Positions 27,957 through 38,611 of a stretch of 64,000 nt of DNA are shown here, piece by piece (position 1 is the stretch's first letter; every line of letters begins with the position of its first letter). The stretch is taken from IMG/VR virus record IMGVR_UViG_3300021478_000019, positions 1 through 64,000 of that record; one strand, 5' to 3'. The position numbers and the translations under genes were made by a program. The notes beneath the pieces are model-generated. The model saw only the letters and a program-made list of their open reading frames with translations, searched no databases and was not told where the DNA came from. Origin of the DNA: a virus.

Positions 27957-29425
27957 GCCTGAGACATCTGGAGTTGTTCTTCGCCGGGGCCGAAACCCCG
28001 ACCTGGAGGAAGCTGCTCCTGGCCGAAAGCGTGCCCCATATAGCGGTCAACTACCTCCACCTCCAGGCCCGTACCGGCAGAAAGCCGTGGTTCTTAGCTG
28101 AGCATTTCTCCCCGGAGCAGCAGATCTTCGTGCTGTCGGGAGCGTCGGGCACTGACCGTAAGAAGTGGTCCCTGGCCCAGCATGAGGAGTTCCTCTCCGA
28201 CTACCTCCAGTTCGTGCAGGACAACCTGGAGCGGCTGAGCTTCTTCACCGAGTACGACCCCGAGATGCTCGGGCTGGACTGGGTGCTACGTCAACGCCAG
28301 GTCTGGGCCGGCCTGGCTGACGACAAGTTCGTGCCCGTCTGGCATGAGGTTTGGGGGGCCCCGCTACTTCGCACCATGGTCGAAACCTTCCCCAACCTGG
28401 GCGTGCCACCGGTCTCGCCGCGGACCCAGAACGTGCTGTCATCCTTGGTCCGACGCACCAAGTTGAACCTGCACGGGCTGTCCTTCAGCCATCCCTACGA
28501 CGAGCCCGGTGGCCTGTACTCGACCATAGTTTCGTCCAGTTGGATCTCCCCAACGAGATTCGGGGAGACCGTGGTGTGGGACCACGGGCGGCTACGTCGC
28601 TACTCCGCGGAGGACAAGGAGCAGGCTCGACGACGCCACCAGACCCAGTTCACCCAGGCGGGCTTCGACGCCGAGGCCATCTTGGCCGACGACAACAACG
28701 AGGTGTCCCGCTACACCATCTGGGCCTGGCGCCAGCTGGAGCAGGCCATGGCCGGGCCCGACCGTCGTCGAGTCATCCGCCGCCCCCAGGTAGCAACTAA
28801 CGGTCACGTCGACCATGAGCCGGATTCAGCCCCCGAGGTCGTAGCTCCAGTTGCTATCGACCCCCCCGTGTTGCAGGAAAATGGTCATCTGCTGCCCGAC
28901 GTGATCCGGCCACTACCGGTGTTCAACTACCGCACGGTAACAAGCACCGTGAACAGCCCCGATGGCCCCGGAACGGTCGAGGTGCAGTCCCAGGTCGCGG
29001 TTATGGGCCAGGCTGCCCTGCGCCAGTGCGATAGTTGCTCACTGGCTGTTGTTTGCCCGCTGTTCAGTTCCGGCTCATCCTGCCGCTACTCGATACCCGT
29101 CGAGATCCGCAACCGGGACCAGCTGCTGGGCATCCTGCACAGCCTGCTGGAGATGCAGGGCCAGCGCGTCGCCTTCGGCTTCTTCTCGGAGCAGCTGCAG
29201 GGGGGCTACCCTGATGCCAACTTGTCCTCGGAGTTGGACCGCATGATGCGGATGACCCAGGCGGTCAAGGACATTCAGGACAACAGGGACTTCCTAAAGG
29301 TGACGGTGGAAGGGCGAGCGCAGAGTGGAGTCCTACGGCGGCTCTTCGGGGCAGAACGGGCTGAGACCCTCCACCGAGTCGATCCCGACCGGGCGGAAGA
29401 TGCCGTCCGTCGCACCATGCAATAA
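27953..29425 (+). CDS. TGT-like (tRNA-guanine transglycosylase barrel-like) domain fused to a Cys4 and helical domain
   Basis: FVPVWH, LHGL, SSSW....RFG; CDSC....CP......C; function uncertain. Confidence 0.5.
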   Translation: MSLRHLELFFAGAETPTWRKLLLAESVPHIAVNYLHLQARTGRKPWFLAEHFSPEQQIFVLSGASGTDRKKWSLAQHEEFLSDYLQFVQDNLERLSFFTEYDPEMLGLDWVLRQRQVWAGLADDKFVPVWHEVWGAPLLRTMVETFPNLGVPPVSPRTQNVLSSLVRRTKLNLHGLSFSHPYDEPGGLYSTIVSSSWISPTRFGETVVWDHGRLRRYSAEDKEQARRRHQTQFTQAGFDAEAILADDNNEVSRYTIWAWRQLEQAMAGPDRRRVIRRPQVATNGHVDHEPDSAPEVVAPVAIDPPVLQENGHLLPDVIRPLPVFNYRTVTSTVNSPDGPGTVEVQSQVAVMGQAALRQCDSCSLAVVCPLFSSGSSCRYSIPVEIRNRDQLLGILHSLLEMQGQRVAFGFFSEQLQGGYPDANLSSELDRMMRMTQAVKDIQDNRDFLKVTVEGRAQSGVLRRLFGAERAETLHRVDPDRAEDAVRRTMQ

Positions 29426-29679
29426 CCGCTTGAGGACTCGCCCGGAGTGGGTGCTGTTGATCCTGGTCGGCGTGGTCATCATCGTGCTGTCTGGCTTCGG
29501 GCTGGGCATCCTGATAGCCCTGTGGTTCTAGCTTCGCTCCAGCCGAATTTGCTCGACGTAAGCCTTGGCTCGCTGCCAGCGCTCGTAGTCGAGGGGCGCT
29601 TTCCACAGTTCGTAGTCCTGCCAGATCAGGTAGGCGTGGTGCTGGGCTCGCCAGATCCGCCATCTCCAACGCAGCCACT

Positions 29680-29994
29680 TCAATCCGGCAACCGCCTAGT
29701 CTTGATGCCCTCGGACTCCATGGCCTTCTGGGCAAAGTAGTCAGCTATTTCAACCTGCTGCTGGTGTACGGCGGGATCCATGTCATCCCCCATGATGTCC
29801 AGCACGGTCAGGATGGCGTTGGCGTAGGCGTGCAGGGCACTGGCAGCGTAGGAGTCCTTCAGCCGGATGACCACGGCGTCGTCGAGCGCCGCTGGGATGG
29901 TCTGGGCGACGGCCAGGTTGCTCTCCACCCAGTTGGTCATCTCCTCTTGCTTGTAGACGAGGTACTTGGCGTCGCCTTCCACATATTCGTTCAT
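29680..29994 (-). CDS. Phage hypothetical protein (AVVIRLKD..A..AL.AYA)
   Basis: Codon usage; start MNEYV. Confidence 0.65.
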   Translation of the reverse strand: MNEYVEGDAKYLVYKQEEMTNWVESNLAVAQTIPAALDDAVVIRLKDSYAASALHAYANAILTVLDIMGDDMDPAVHQQQVEIADYFAQKAMESEGIKTRRLPD

Positions 29995-30091
29995 GGTTCT
30001 GAGCATGACAGGTTTGGCGCCGGCGATTTTACTCCCGACTGATTTAGCCGATGGCTCTCGCCGGCCCCCAGGCGGGCATAAGACTCGGCCT

Positions 30092-30757
30092 ATGTCCTTC
30101 GTACAAGGCACCATCGCCCTTGAGGGTGACACCACTCTGCAGGCCATTCCGGTGGTAATCGCCCCGGCCACTGTCAGCCTCCAGGGCAGCGCCGTGCTGC
30201 AGGTGAACCCCCGCGTCACCATGTTGATGATCCTGCAAGGGGGCCCGCTCGACGGTGAACACCAGATCGTGGAGAGCCTGCCCAACGCTCCGGGCTCGAC
30301 CATGTTCTTCAGCATCCCCACCTACCAGTTCTTCGACCAGGGTGGCAATGTCGTTGATCGGGGCCTGGAGGTCACCTACAGCTATCTGTCGCCGGGCCCG
30401 CCCCCTGACGACTACGACACCTGGAACGCCTCCTACATCTTCAACTTCGTTGGGGAGGAGGTCTACATCCCACCTGGCGGGCTCTATCCGACCGTGGCGG
30501 TGCTGCAGCCCAACAGGGCGCCCGCCAACTCTGCGACGGTATTTCAGATGGCCGGTAACGGCTTGCTCACCTTGACCAACGTATATATGCCCCTGCCTGC
30601 CGAGGCCAACAACGCCCGCCCGGCCACCAGCTTCCACGTCACCGACGACAGCAGCGCCACCGTCCATGCTCCTGGTCAGCCGGGGGGACTGTACGACCTG
30701 AGCCTGGCCTACGCCGGGGGCTACACCCGCTACGCCGCCGCCTTCAGGTTCGTGTGA
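30092..30757 (+). CDS. Probable virion protein with C-terminal IPT/TIG-like domain
   Basis: TAAGACT-N6-ATG start; PTV..L.P...PA.......G.GL...AF.F. Confidence 0.6.
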   Translation: MSFVQGTIALEGDTTLQAIPVVIAPATVSLQGSAVLQVNPRVTMLMILQGGPLDGEHQIVESLPNAPGSTMFFSIPTYQFFDQGGNVVDRGLEVTYSYLSPGPPPDDYDTWNASYIFNFVGEEVYIPPGGLYPTVAVLQPNRAPANSATVFQMAGNGLLTLTNVYMPLPAEANNARPATSFHVTDDSSATVHAPGQPGGLYDLSLAYAGGYTRYAAAFRFV

Positions 30758-31742
30758 TGGCCTCCCTGGTGATCATCGTCCTGCATGACGGGACCATGGT
30801 GCGGGGCCTCAACCACCGCATGGACCCCGCCTTCCCGGCCAACCCCAGCGTGCCCAACAGCTACACCAACGGTCAATACCACATCGAGACCGCCGGGGGC
30901 TGGATCGACGTCGAGGGCTCGCAGGTCGCCAGCACCCTCATCCTGGGAGGTCGCCCCACATGATCTGCTCCGAGTGCGTCCACGCCGCCTTCAACACCGC
31001 GGGGGTGTACTGCACCTTCTTCAACGAGGCCATCTGGGACGAGCGGGTGGCCGAGGACTGCGGCGAATACCAGCCTGAGCCTCCCATCCTCACCCTGGTC
31101 GAGCCCGCCTATGAGCTACGCCTACCAGGAGTAGACTGGTCCCTCTATGAGACCAGGGGCCGGTGACCTTTCAGGAGTGGCTGGAGATCGGCATGGACCT
31201 GGGCTACTGCTCGGAGCCGGTCTGCAACACCCACGATGGCCTGCCTTCCACCCCGGAGGAGGACGAGATGTGGGAGGACGGGGGCGACCCCTGTGTGCCT
31301 GCCGTGCGCCTCTACCCCGACCTGGTGGTAAGCGCTAATGGATCTGGACATTAGCTGTGGCTGCTTCACCGGTAGCTCTGGCGTCTTCGACGGGCTGAGG
31401 CTGGCCTGGTCCGAGGCCGCGGGCTACGGCACCCTCGACTACCGGGGCGTGGGCGGGCCCGTCATGCCCGCCATCGACTGGACGAAGATCGACACCGAGG
31501 ACATGGTGGGCGAGTGGCCCGAGGGCGCCCCCGACGATCCCCTGCTCATCCTCCTGGTGCATTACGAGACCAAGGGCCGCATCAAGGTGGAGCATTGCCC
31601 TTACCTGGCGTCCCGCCTGGAGGAGCTAGAGACCGTGCTGATCAAGGACCAGCACCTGCTGCCGGCGCTGCTGGCCACCCAGCAGTTCGTACGGGGCCTG
31701 CGCTTCGCGGTCAATAGTCACCAGGACGTGCTGTTCACCTGA
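30754..31742 (+). CDS. Four coupled small hypothetical ORFs (30754, 30960, 31163, 31338)
   Basis: Overlapping starts and stops; several Cys-rich. Confidence 0.6.
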
Positions 31743-31751
31743 AAGGAATTC

Positions 31752-32000
31752 ATGGCCCGGCTACAGATCTACTGCGACGACGAGTTGGTGCAACAGACCA
31801 AGCAGCTGCGGCTGCCGGTCTCCCAGATATGCCGGGAGGCTCTGACCGTCGCCATCGAGGAGCAAACGCCAACCGTTTGCAAGAAGTGCAAGGGCCCTCC
31901 TCGCTTCCAGGTCCGCAGCGAGAATGGCGCCGTGTACGCCTGCCGGGAGCATGTGGCCATCTACCTGCGGGACGGCTTCTCCACGGTGCGGGCGCTATGA
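31752..32000 (+). CDS. Ribbon-helix-helix (CcdA-like) protein with Zn ribbon
   Basis: M.R.QIY.DDEL........VSQICREAL; CKKC...CREH; AAGGA ribosome-binding site. Confidence 0.7.
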   Translation: MARLQIYCDDELVQQTKQLRLPVSQICREALTVAIEEQTPTVCKKCKGPPRFQVRSENGAVYACREHVAIYLRDGFSTVRAL

Positions 32001-34153
32001 GCCTGCCCCGAAACGCCGACTCAGGGCGCGTTATCGAGTGCCATGGCGGCTTGACCGACGCGATCTATCACGGTTTGGCAACTGGGCTGTGCCCTAGCTG
32101 CGGCGAGTTCGTGGCACTCATCAGCAATGGCCACACGATTCGCCACTACGCCCCTAACGAACAGGTAGGTGATAGGCCATGAGCCAGCAGCAGCTGTTCA
32201 ATGACAAGGAGTTCGGCGGCACCTGCTCTAAGTGTGGCCACTCGGCCAAGGAACATGACACCCCGCATGGTTACTGCCACTGCAAGGTGGGCCAGCTGGA
32301 GTGCAAGTGCAGCAGCTTCGCCCAGCACGATATGAGCAAGCTGCGTCCCGACCTGTTCCATGACCGGAGGGAAGAAGCATGAGCCCTCAGGACGAGCGGG
32401 CTCAGTGGGAGGCCATACTGAATGAGCCCCGCCTGGACATGCTGCCACCAGAGGCGCTCATCGCCTCGATTCGCTATCTGGCCGGGCGTCTGCTGGAACT
32501 GACTTCTCCTACTCTGGCCTTGGTCACCCAGGAGGCCCCTCAGCGCCGCCCAGAGGTCAAGAACATTGCTAGCCCACACTTGCAGGCAGCCTTCGTCGAC
32601 GAGGCCCGTGTGGCCATGGGAGCGCCCTCTAAAGCCGACGCCGAAGCCTGCATGGGCCGCTACGTGGAGATCGTGTTCAACACCGACGAGCCCGCGGTGC
32701 GCGGCCACCTGACCAGGGTCATCGATCACCCATCCAATGGCGGTGGCGTTTACGTGATGCTCGACGAGGACAAGAAGATGACCTACCCGCTCAACGCCAT
32801 CCAGAGCATCAAGGTGGTGCCATGAGCGATGAGGTTCCATTCATCAAGCTTCAGCACATGGGCAACTTCTTCCGCATGGAGGTGATACCGGTGTGCGACC
32901 ACCCGTCCGACGCCATCATGTGGAACCCGTGGAACTTGGTCATCCAGTGCCACCGCTGCGGGGCCATCATCGAGGCACTGCCAGCATGAGTGACGTCAAT
33001 CCCACCGCCCTGGCCCTGTTCGTGCGCTTCGTGCGGCAGAACCCTGACATCGAGGACGTCGAGGTGCTGATGCGGGCCTTTGAGGCATACCGCAACGCCG
33101 ACTACACCGGCGCCCTCTGCTCGCCCACCTACGACCGGCAACCCTTTGACTGACGAGAGCTATGAGGACCGGCTGCGCCGGCATTCCTTTGAGAGCCGGG
33201 TGGACCCCCTGAGAGACGCCGTCCGCCACGCCGTGGCCATGTGGCACCAGGAGGACGACCTGGAGAAGAACGACCTGTCGGAGGCGTTCTGGCAGGCCAT
33301 GGGGCAGCTGGAGGCCATGCTGATATCGGTAAAGCGTGGCGGCGAGCCGTATGTGCCAGAAGTGGAGGTGACCCCTTCGCAGTTGCGGCTGGCTCATGAG
33401 GATGCCGGGATCCTGTCGGTCAAGCGTGGCGGCGAGGATGCCTGACAGCACCCGCACCCCGGTCACCATGTGCTGGCACTGTGACCGGCCCCTCGACGCC
33501 GCCTCGGGGTTCGGTCCTACCGAGGGCATGGTGCCCGAGGTTGGCGCTATCTCCCTCTGCCTGTACTGCGGGGCCGTGGCCCGGTTCGGCTTCGGCCTGA
33601 TCCTCTACCCGCTCACCGAGGGAGAGCTTGAAGCGCTGTCGGACGATAAGGACTTCATGCGGACTTACATGCAGTTCGCCTGGTCCCGTCAATACGTCAT
33701 GATCAAGAGCAACCTGATGCATAGCAAGGACGATCCTGACCGGTGACGTATGTCCAGTGGTACAGCCCCCAGGTGATCACCAGCAGCAACACGGTCGGCC
33801 TGACCTGGCCTGCGGAGCAGTGGCTGACCGAGGTCACCTACAAGCCAGGCTGGGCCTTTGAGATCCGGCACGGCTCCCAGACCGGCAACTCAGCCTGGCT
33901 GGCCTACCCCGGCGTCAACCTGTGCGTCATGGCCTACGTGCCTGACACCAACGCCGTCGAGGAGGGCCCGAAGCGATTCATCCACACCTTCCCGCTAAAC
34001 CCCCAGGTGCTGGAGAATCGTGAGCGCTTCTTTGCGTTCGTGCTGTACTGCGTGTTCCGGGTCGAAGCCCACGAAACCATGGAATACCTGCGAGCCGGTG
34101 GGGTGCGGGTGAAGAACCCTCATCCTGAACCAGGCGTCGTCCTTTACTCATAA
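31997..34153 (+). CDS. Run of about nine coupled small hypothetical ORFs
   Basis: ATGA overlaps at 31997, 32179, 32379, 32822; last ORF 33743-34153. Confidence 0.55.
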
Positions 34154-34190
34154 AAAAAACGGCTGGCCCATATTTCAGGGCCAGCCGCTT
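34152..34190 (-). terminator. Intrinsic terminator between convergent genes
   Basis: CGGCTGGCCC/GGGCCAGCCG stem with an 8-nt U tract on the minus strand. Confidence 0.85.
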
Positions 34191-34236
34191 GTGGTCTAGG
34201 AAGGGGCGCTAACTAGACCACGTCAGAAATTGTAGG

Positions 34237-34692
34237 TCAGGGAGTCGTAAAAACGAACGTGTCGCTCGACGTGAACGGGGCGATATTCACGGCCCGGAAG
34301 ACGCCACGGGCGCCCCTCCAGATTCCAGTGCCACCCTGGATGGTGCCGGCCTGGCCTGACGGGCCCTTGATGGCGTTGCCGCGCAGCTGCGGGTGCAGAA
34401 GGGCAGTGCTGGTGTAGCGCCAGTTGCAGAGCGACCGGATCGGGCCAACCAGGCAGAGTTCGCTAATGGTGGCAGCCAGGCGGAACCCCGGAGGCAGCAC
34501 GGAGGGCTGGTACTCGTTGAAGGTGAACGCCTCGACGTTCGGAGCCAGGAAGGTAGCGCTGGTCTGGACGCTGGTGGTGGTGATGACGGTGGGCGGCTGA
34601 GCCGACGCCGACGTGGCGGCAGCGATGCCCAGGCCGGTACCGGCGGTGGCCATAACGGTGAGCGCGATGACTCCTCGACGCAGGAAATTCAT
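34237..34692 (-). CDS. Secreted beta-barrel protein (dirigent / allene oxide cyclase-like)
   Basis: Signal peptide ending ASA; I.GGTG.WRGARG motif; AAGGAG ribosome-binding site. Confidence 0.7.
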   Translation of the reverse strand: MNFLRRGVIALTVMATAGTGLGIAAATSASAQPPTVITTTSVQTSATFLAPNVEAFTFNEYQPSVLPPGFRLAATISELCLVGPIRSLCNWRYTSTALLHPQLRGNAIKGPSGQAGTIQGGTGIWRGARGVFRAVNIAPFTSSDTFVFTTP

Positions 34693-34873
34693 ATGGATTG
34701 CTCCTTCTGTTGGTGTCCCCGCCACCTCCTGGTGGCAGCGCGGGGGTCACCATAACATGCCTGATAGGATCCTGAAAGGGTCCTAAGAGGAAAATATGAA
34801 GGGGAAAATCGTCTAGGAACTGAGGCGCAAAAAATAAGAACTTAGGCATTTAATGCCTTGTTCAAACGCGCTC

Positions 34874-35266
34874 CTATTTAAAGCGCAGCCGGTCATATTT
34901 GCTGGTCAGGCGGTTGGCCACGGCGAGAGCTTCCGGTGATGGGTTCTTGATATCACGCTTGCCATGCTCAGCGGCCTCAGCCCCCGACGAGAACAGCGGC
35001 GTGTGTTCCTCGACGGTGCTGGGGTCGACGCCCCACATGCGAAAGGCCAGCGGCTCATGAGCGTGGTCCTGGCGCCCGTGTACGACCGTCCAGCCGTGAC
35101 AGATGACCTCGGGGGTGGCGTGGCAGTGGAAGGCGCCAGCAGGCTGCTCAAAGGTCTCCCGGTCGTACTCAGCGAGCTTGTCGTACTCGACTGCGGCCCA
35201 CACCCCGGACGGGACGTCCTTCCTGTAAGGGCAGGCCAGGCAGGACTCAGCCCGGATCTTGGTCAT
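34874..35266 (-). CDS. DUF6283-like Cys-rich protein
   Basis: C..CPYR.DVPSGVW...EY.KL..YD...F.CH...C.GW. Confidence 0.75.
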   Translation of the reverse strand: MTKIRAESCLACPYRKDVPSGVWAAVEYDKLAEYDRETFEQPAGAFHCHATPEVICHGWTVVHGRQDHAHEPLAFRMWGVDPSTVEEHTPLFSSGAEAAEHGKRDIKNPSPEALAVANRLTSKYDRLRFK

Positions 35267-35351
35267 CGCCCCTTCCTGGTGTAGTGCTTGACGGCAGCCA
35301 GGATGATCCCGGTGGAGAATCCGATGAGGATGGCGAGCAGTGCTGTATCGC

Positions 35352-36190
35352 TCATGGCTGGCTCAGCGGGCCCATGCCGGCGTTCCGCATGGCCTCGTAG
35401 CGAGCCTGCATGTCCTCGGCATCGCTGGTGCTGCCTTCGTCGAGGAGCTTGAACAGCCAGGTGCGATCCTCCAGCGATATGGGCCCGTTGGTCAGGAAGT
35501 TCTCGCCTTCGGTGACCAGGAGGTCAGCGATACTGATCAGGTCAGCGACGGCCTCGCTCCTGGTGGACCCCATGCCCACCAGGGCGCCCTCCAGGTACCA
35601 GGGCTCCATCACCGGGCGACCCTGGCTGGAGGCCATGGGGCGCAGGAAGGTGGCCGCGAACATCTGGTCGGGCGAGTGCCATTCGATACGGATGTCCATC
35701 AGCTTTTCTCCTCTTGCAAACTGAGCCCCTCCTGACGTAGCACCACCAGGGCGTCGAGCGCGGTGGTGGTGTAGACCTTGTTGCCATTCCGCAAGTAGAT
35801 GGTGGCTCGGCTGCCGGGCCGCAGGGTGAAGTCAAGGATGACTCCTAGCTCCACTGCGGCCCGCAACCTCTTGCGGAGGATGTGCTGGTTAGGCATGCTC
35901 GTCCTGCTCAGCGAGCCAGCGCAGGATCTCCTCGATCAGCTGAGCATTGTTGCGATCATGCTCCTCCTGGCTGCTCACACTTCCTCCACGAATCCCTGGT
36001 CGGTCTCCCGCAGCCAGATGACGGTCCCGACCTTGAGGGCCGGGAACTTGGCCTTGTCGGTGACGTTGACCTTGAACCCGTAGCGGTTGCGGCTGTGGTC
36101 TTCGTAATCAGGCCCGCCGTCGAGCCCCTGCTCCCAGAAGTAGGGCACATATTCCTGCTGGCCCTCAAACTTGCCGGGCTGGGTGATCAT
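35352..36190 (-). CDS. Small hypothetical ORFs (35699-35352, 35896-35699, 36190-35975)
   Basis: Coupled ORFs with ribosome-binding sites. Confidence 0.55.
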
Positions 36191-36876
36191 GGCCGGGCCA
36201 CCTTGCCTGAGCCGCCCTCGGGCGACAGGGCCCCCTCCACCAGCACCAGGCGCTCCTTGGCGATGAGGCTCATGGCCACCACGCAGTCGTCGATGCCGGC
36301 GACCGACAGCTGCCCGTAGCGGTTGACGTCGTCGAGCATCTTCTGCTCCTGGTAGGAGACCCCGCGCTCTCGACCCTCCTCTTCCTCTGCGGCCTGGGTG
36401 GCCTCAGCGCTCTCCAGGGCGTCAGCGAGGTTGCTCAGCGCCTCGGTGACGTCGGTCCAGGCGTCGGTCAGGTCATCACGCTTGCCGGGGTAGGGCTCCT
36501 CGTCCTTCTTGTCGGCGTAGGTCTCCAGGGCGTCGCTGGCGGTCTGCTGGGCCTCGACGAAGGTCTGGAGGTCATCGTTGGACACCAGGCCCACGGCCTC
36601 GTCGACAATGGCCACGGCCTGGGCCAGCACGTCGGCCATGTACTGCGAGCCGATGTTGACCTCGGTCAGGGTGCCCACGGCGTCGGCGGCGGCGGTCAGG
36701 GCACTGCTGACGTTGTCGAGTTCCTCCAGCGCCTCGATGGCAGCCTCAGCTGCCTCCCGGCGCTCGTCCAGTTCAGCGACGAGTTCCTGGGCCTCCTCGT
36801 ATTTGCTGCCGGTGGCGCGCTCGGCGTGGGCCCGCAGCTGTTCCGCAATGGTCAGGGGCTCTTTGGTCTTAGGCAT
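36187..36876 (-). CDS. Acidic helical / coiled-coil protein
   Basis: Start MPKTK after AAGGAG; A/E/D-rich. Confidence 0.7.
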   Translation of the reverse strand: MPKTKEPLTIAEQLRAHAERATGSKYEEAQELVAELDERREAAEAAIEALEELDNVSSALTAAADAVGTLTEVNIGSQYMADVLAQAVAIVDEAVGLVSNDDLQTFVEAQQTASDALETYADKKDEEPYPGKRDDLTDAWTDVTEALSNLADALESAEATQAAEEEEGRERGVSYQEQKMLDDVNRYGQLSVAGIDDCVVAMSLIAKERLVLVEGALSPEGGSGKVARP

Positions 36877-38568
36877 CGGCCTGCTCCTTCTCTTCCTCTT
36901 CGATGGCGGCATGGGCCTGGGCGAGGTACTGAGCCTGCTCGTCTTCGGTGAGGGCCACGCTCTTGTAGCCTCTAGGGCCCAAATTCCCTCGTTTGTACTT
37001 CTCAATCTCGGTGGGCAGGACGGCGAAGGTTCGCACGGTCTCTCGACCGGAGCCGAAAATGCTCGCCTCGACTTGAACCACGATGAGGTTGTGGCGCTCA
37101 AACCACTCATCCTCAGCGAGCATGAACTGGACTTCTTTCCTGATGTACACGGAGACCTCAGGCACGGTCGGCCTCCTGGGCCTCCAGCCACACATCGTGG
37201 AACTTCCAGGGCTTCTCGACGGCGTAGGCGATGTCGCGGGCGTCATGCATGTTGTCGGCCATGTACCGGGTCAGGGTGACCATGTTGTCATGGCTCTGCC
37301 ACCAGAGGTCTGTGTCTGTTTCTTTGGTCTCATCCATTGCTGGTTGTGTTCTCCTTTGTTGGTAGTGGTTTACGGCCCTGCTCGGAGACAGGCATGGTGA
37401 AGAGTTCCTCGGTAATGAGGACGTCGGGGTTGGGCCCCCTCTTATCGAGGATCCGGCACACCACGTACTGACCCGGAGTGCTGGCCTGGCGATCCGTGAT
37501 GTTGCGAAAGTAGCGACCGGCGGGCACCTTGAACACGGCGTACTCGCCGTCGAGGTGCCACAGCACGATGGGCTTGGTTCCGTTACCCCAGTCCGCTGAG
37601 TGCTGCTCCCAGGAGCCAGCACCGCCCTGGTAGACAGCACCGGTCTCGCTACGGCTGTAGACGTACTTCCAGGTGTTAGGCATTGCTGCTGGTCTCCTTG
37701 GTTTTGTAGATGGTGATGGGCCCGGCCTTGAACCCGTGCCCTACGGCCTCCCAGGTCACCGGGCCCAGGTTCCAGCTGAGCAGTTCGGTGTTGGCGACCG
37801 ACTGGGCCCCCTCGGGGTCGTCGGCATGGGTGGCGTACAGAGCAACATGGTTGCTGTTGCCGTTGGACCGGGCGATGATCAGGGTCCAGTTGCGCTCGAT
37901 GCGGTTGGAGCTACCCGGCTTCTTGGGCGGCGCCAGCCCCAGGCGCACCTCGATGGCCCCAGCTGGGCGAGCCGTGTTCTGGCCCACCAGTTCGATGCCG
38001 TTGCCCTTGGTCTGGGCCCGCATATCCCACTTCACCGTGATCAGCCCTGCGGCCTCCAGCGCCTCCAGAGGCTTGCGAGCCCGGTCGTTGTAGTGCTTCT
38101 CGCCCGCGGCCCGGATTTCGGCCAGGTAGCGCTGCTGGGCTGCGGTCAGCTTCTTCATGACCGCAGATCCTCGGGCACCTGCGAGGGGTCGTAGATCGCT
38201 AGCCCCTGCAGGCACAGCTTGAAGCCACTGGCCCTGGCCTCGTCCAGTTCGGCGTTGATCAGGTTCGTGAGCCCGCCCTTGGCCCGGTGCAGCGCCGCCT
38301 CGGTGAGGTTGCCGACCATGGCCTGGTGGCGATCTCTGACGTCAGCGGGGTCGACGACGATGTTGTTCTTGCGGACGTCAGCGGCGCCCACCTTCTCCAT
38401 GGCCCAGCCCCAGTGGGCCGCGCCCACATGGGCCTTGTTGGCCAGTTCAAGGAGAGCCGGCTGGCCGTCCAGGGCTTCCTTCAGCTGGGCGAAGGCGCCC
38501 AGCATCTCGTTGGAGCCATTGTGCAGGTCTTCGTAGGGTTGCAGGTCGTTGTTGTCGGTTGATGTCAT
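36869..38568 (-). CDS. Five coupled hypothetical ORFs (starts 38568, ~38158, 37683, 37333, 37165)
   Basis: Overlaps; the first is leaderless from promoter 3. Confidence 0.6.
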
Positions 38569-38611
38569 GGCTACACAATACCTTCCTGGCCATCCACATG
38601 CAAGTCAGGGG
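38569..38611 (-). promoter_or_regulatory. GACTTGCA-type leaderless promoter 3
   Basis: CCCCTGAC-TTGCAT-N17-TATTGT-N6-ATG. Confidence 0.8.

Noticed and set aside
32179-32382. MSQQQLFNDKEF as another member of the LS/NxxQF tag family
   Set aside because: It has EF rather than QF, different spacing and a different gene context; too weak to count
34755-34795. CTGATAG...GAAA resembling a hammerhead ribozyme core
   Set aside because: The core should be CUGANGA with GAAA directly after stem II; spacing and stems do not fit
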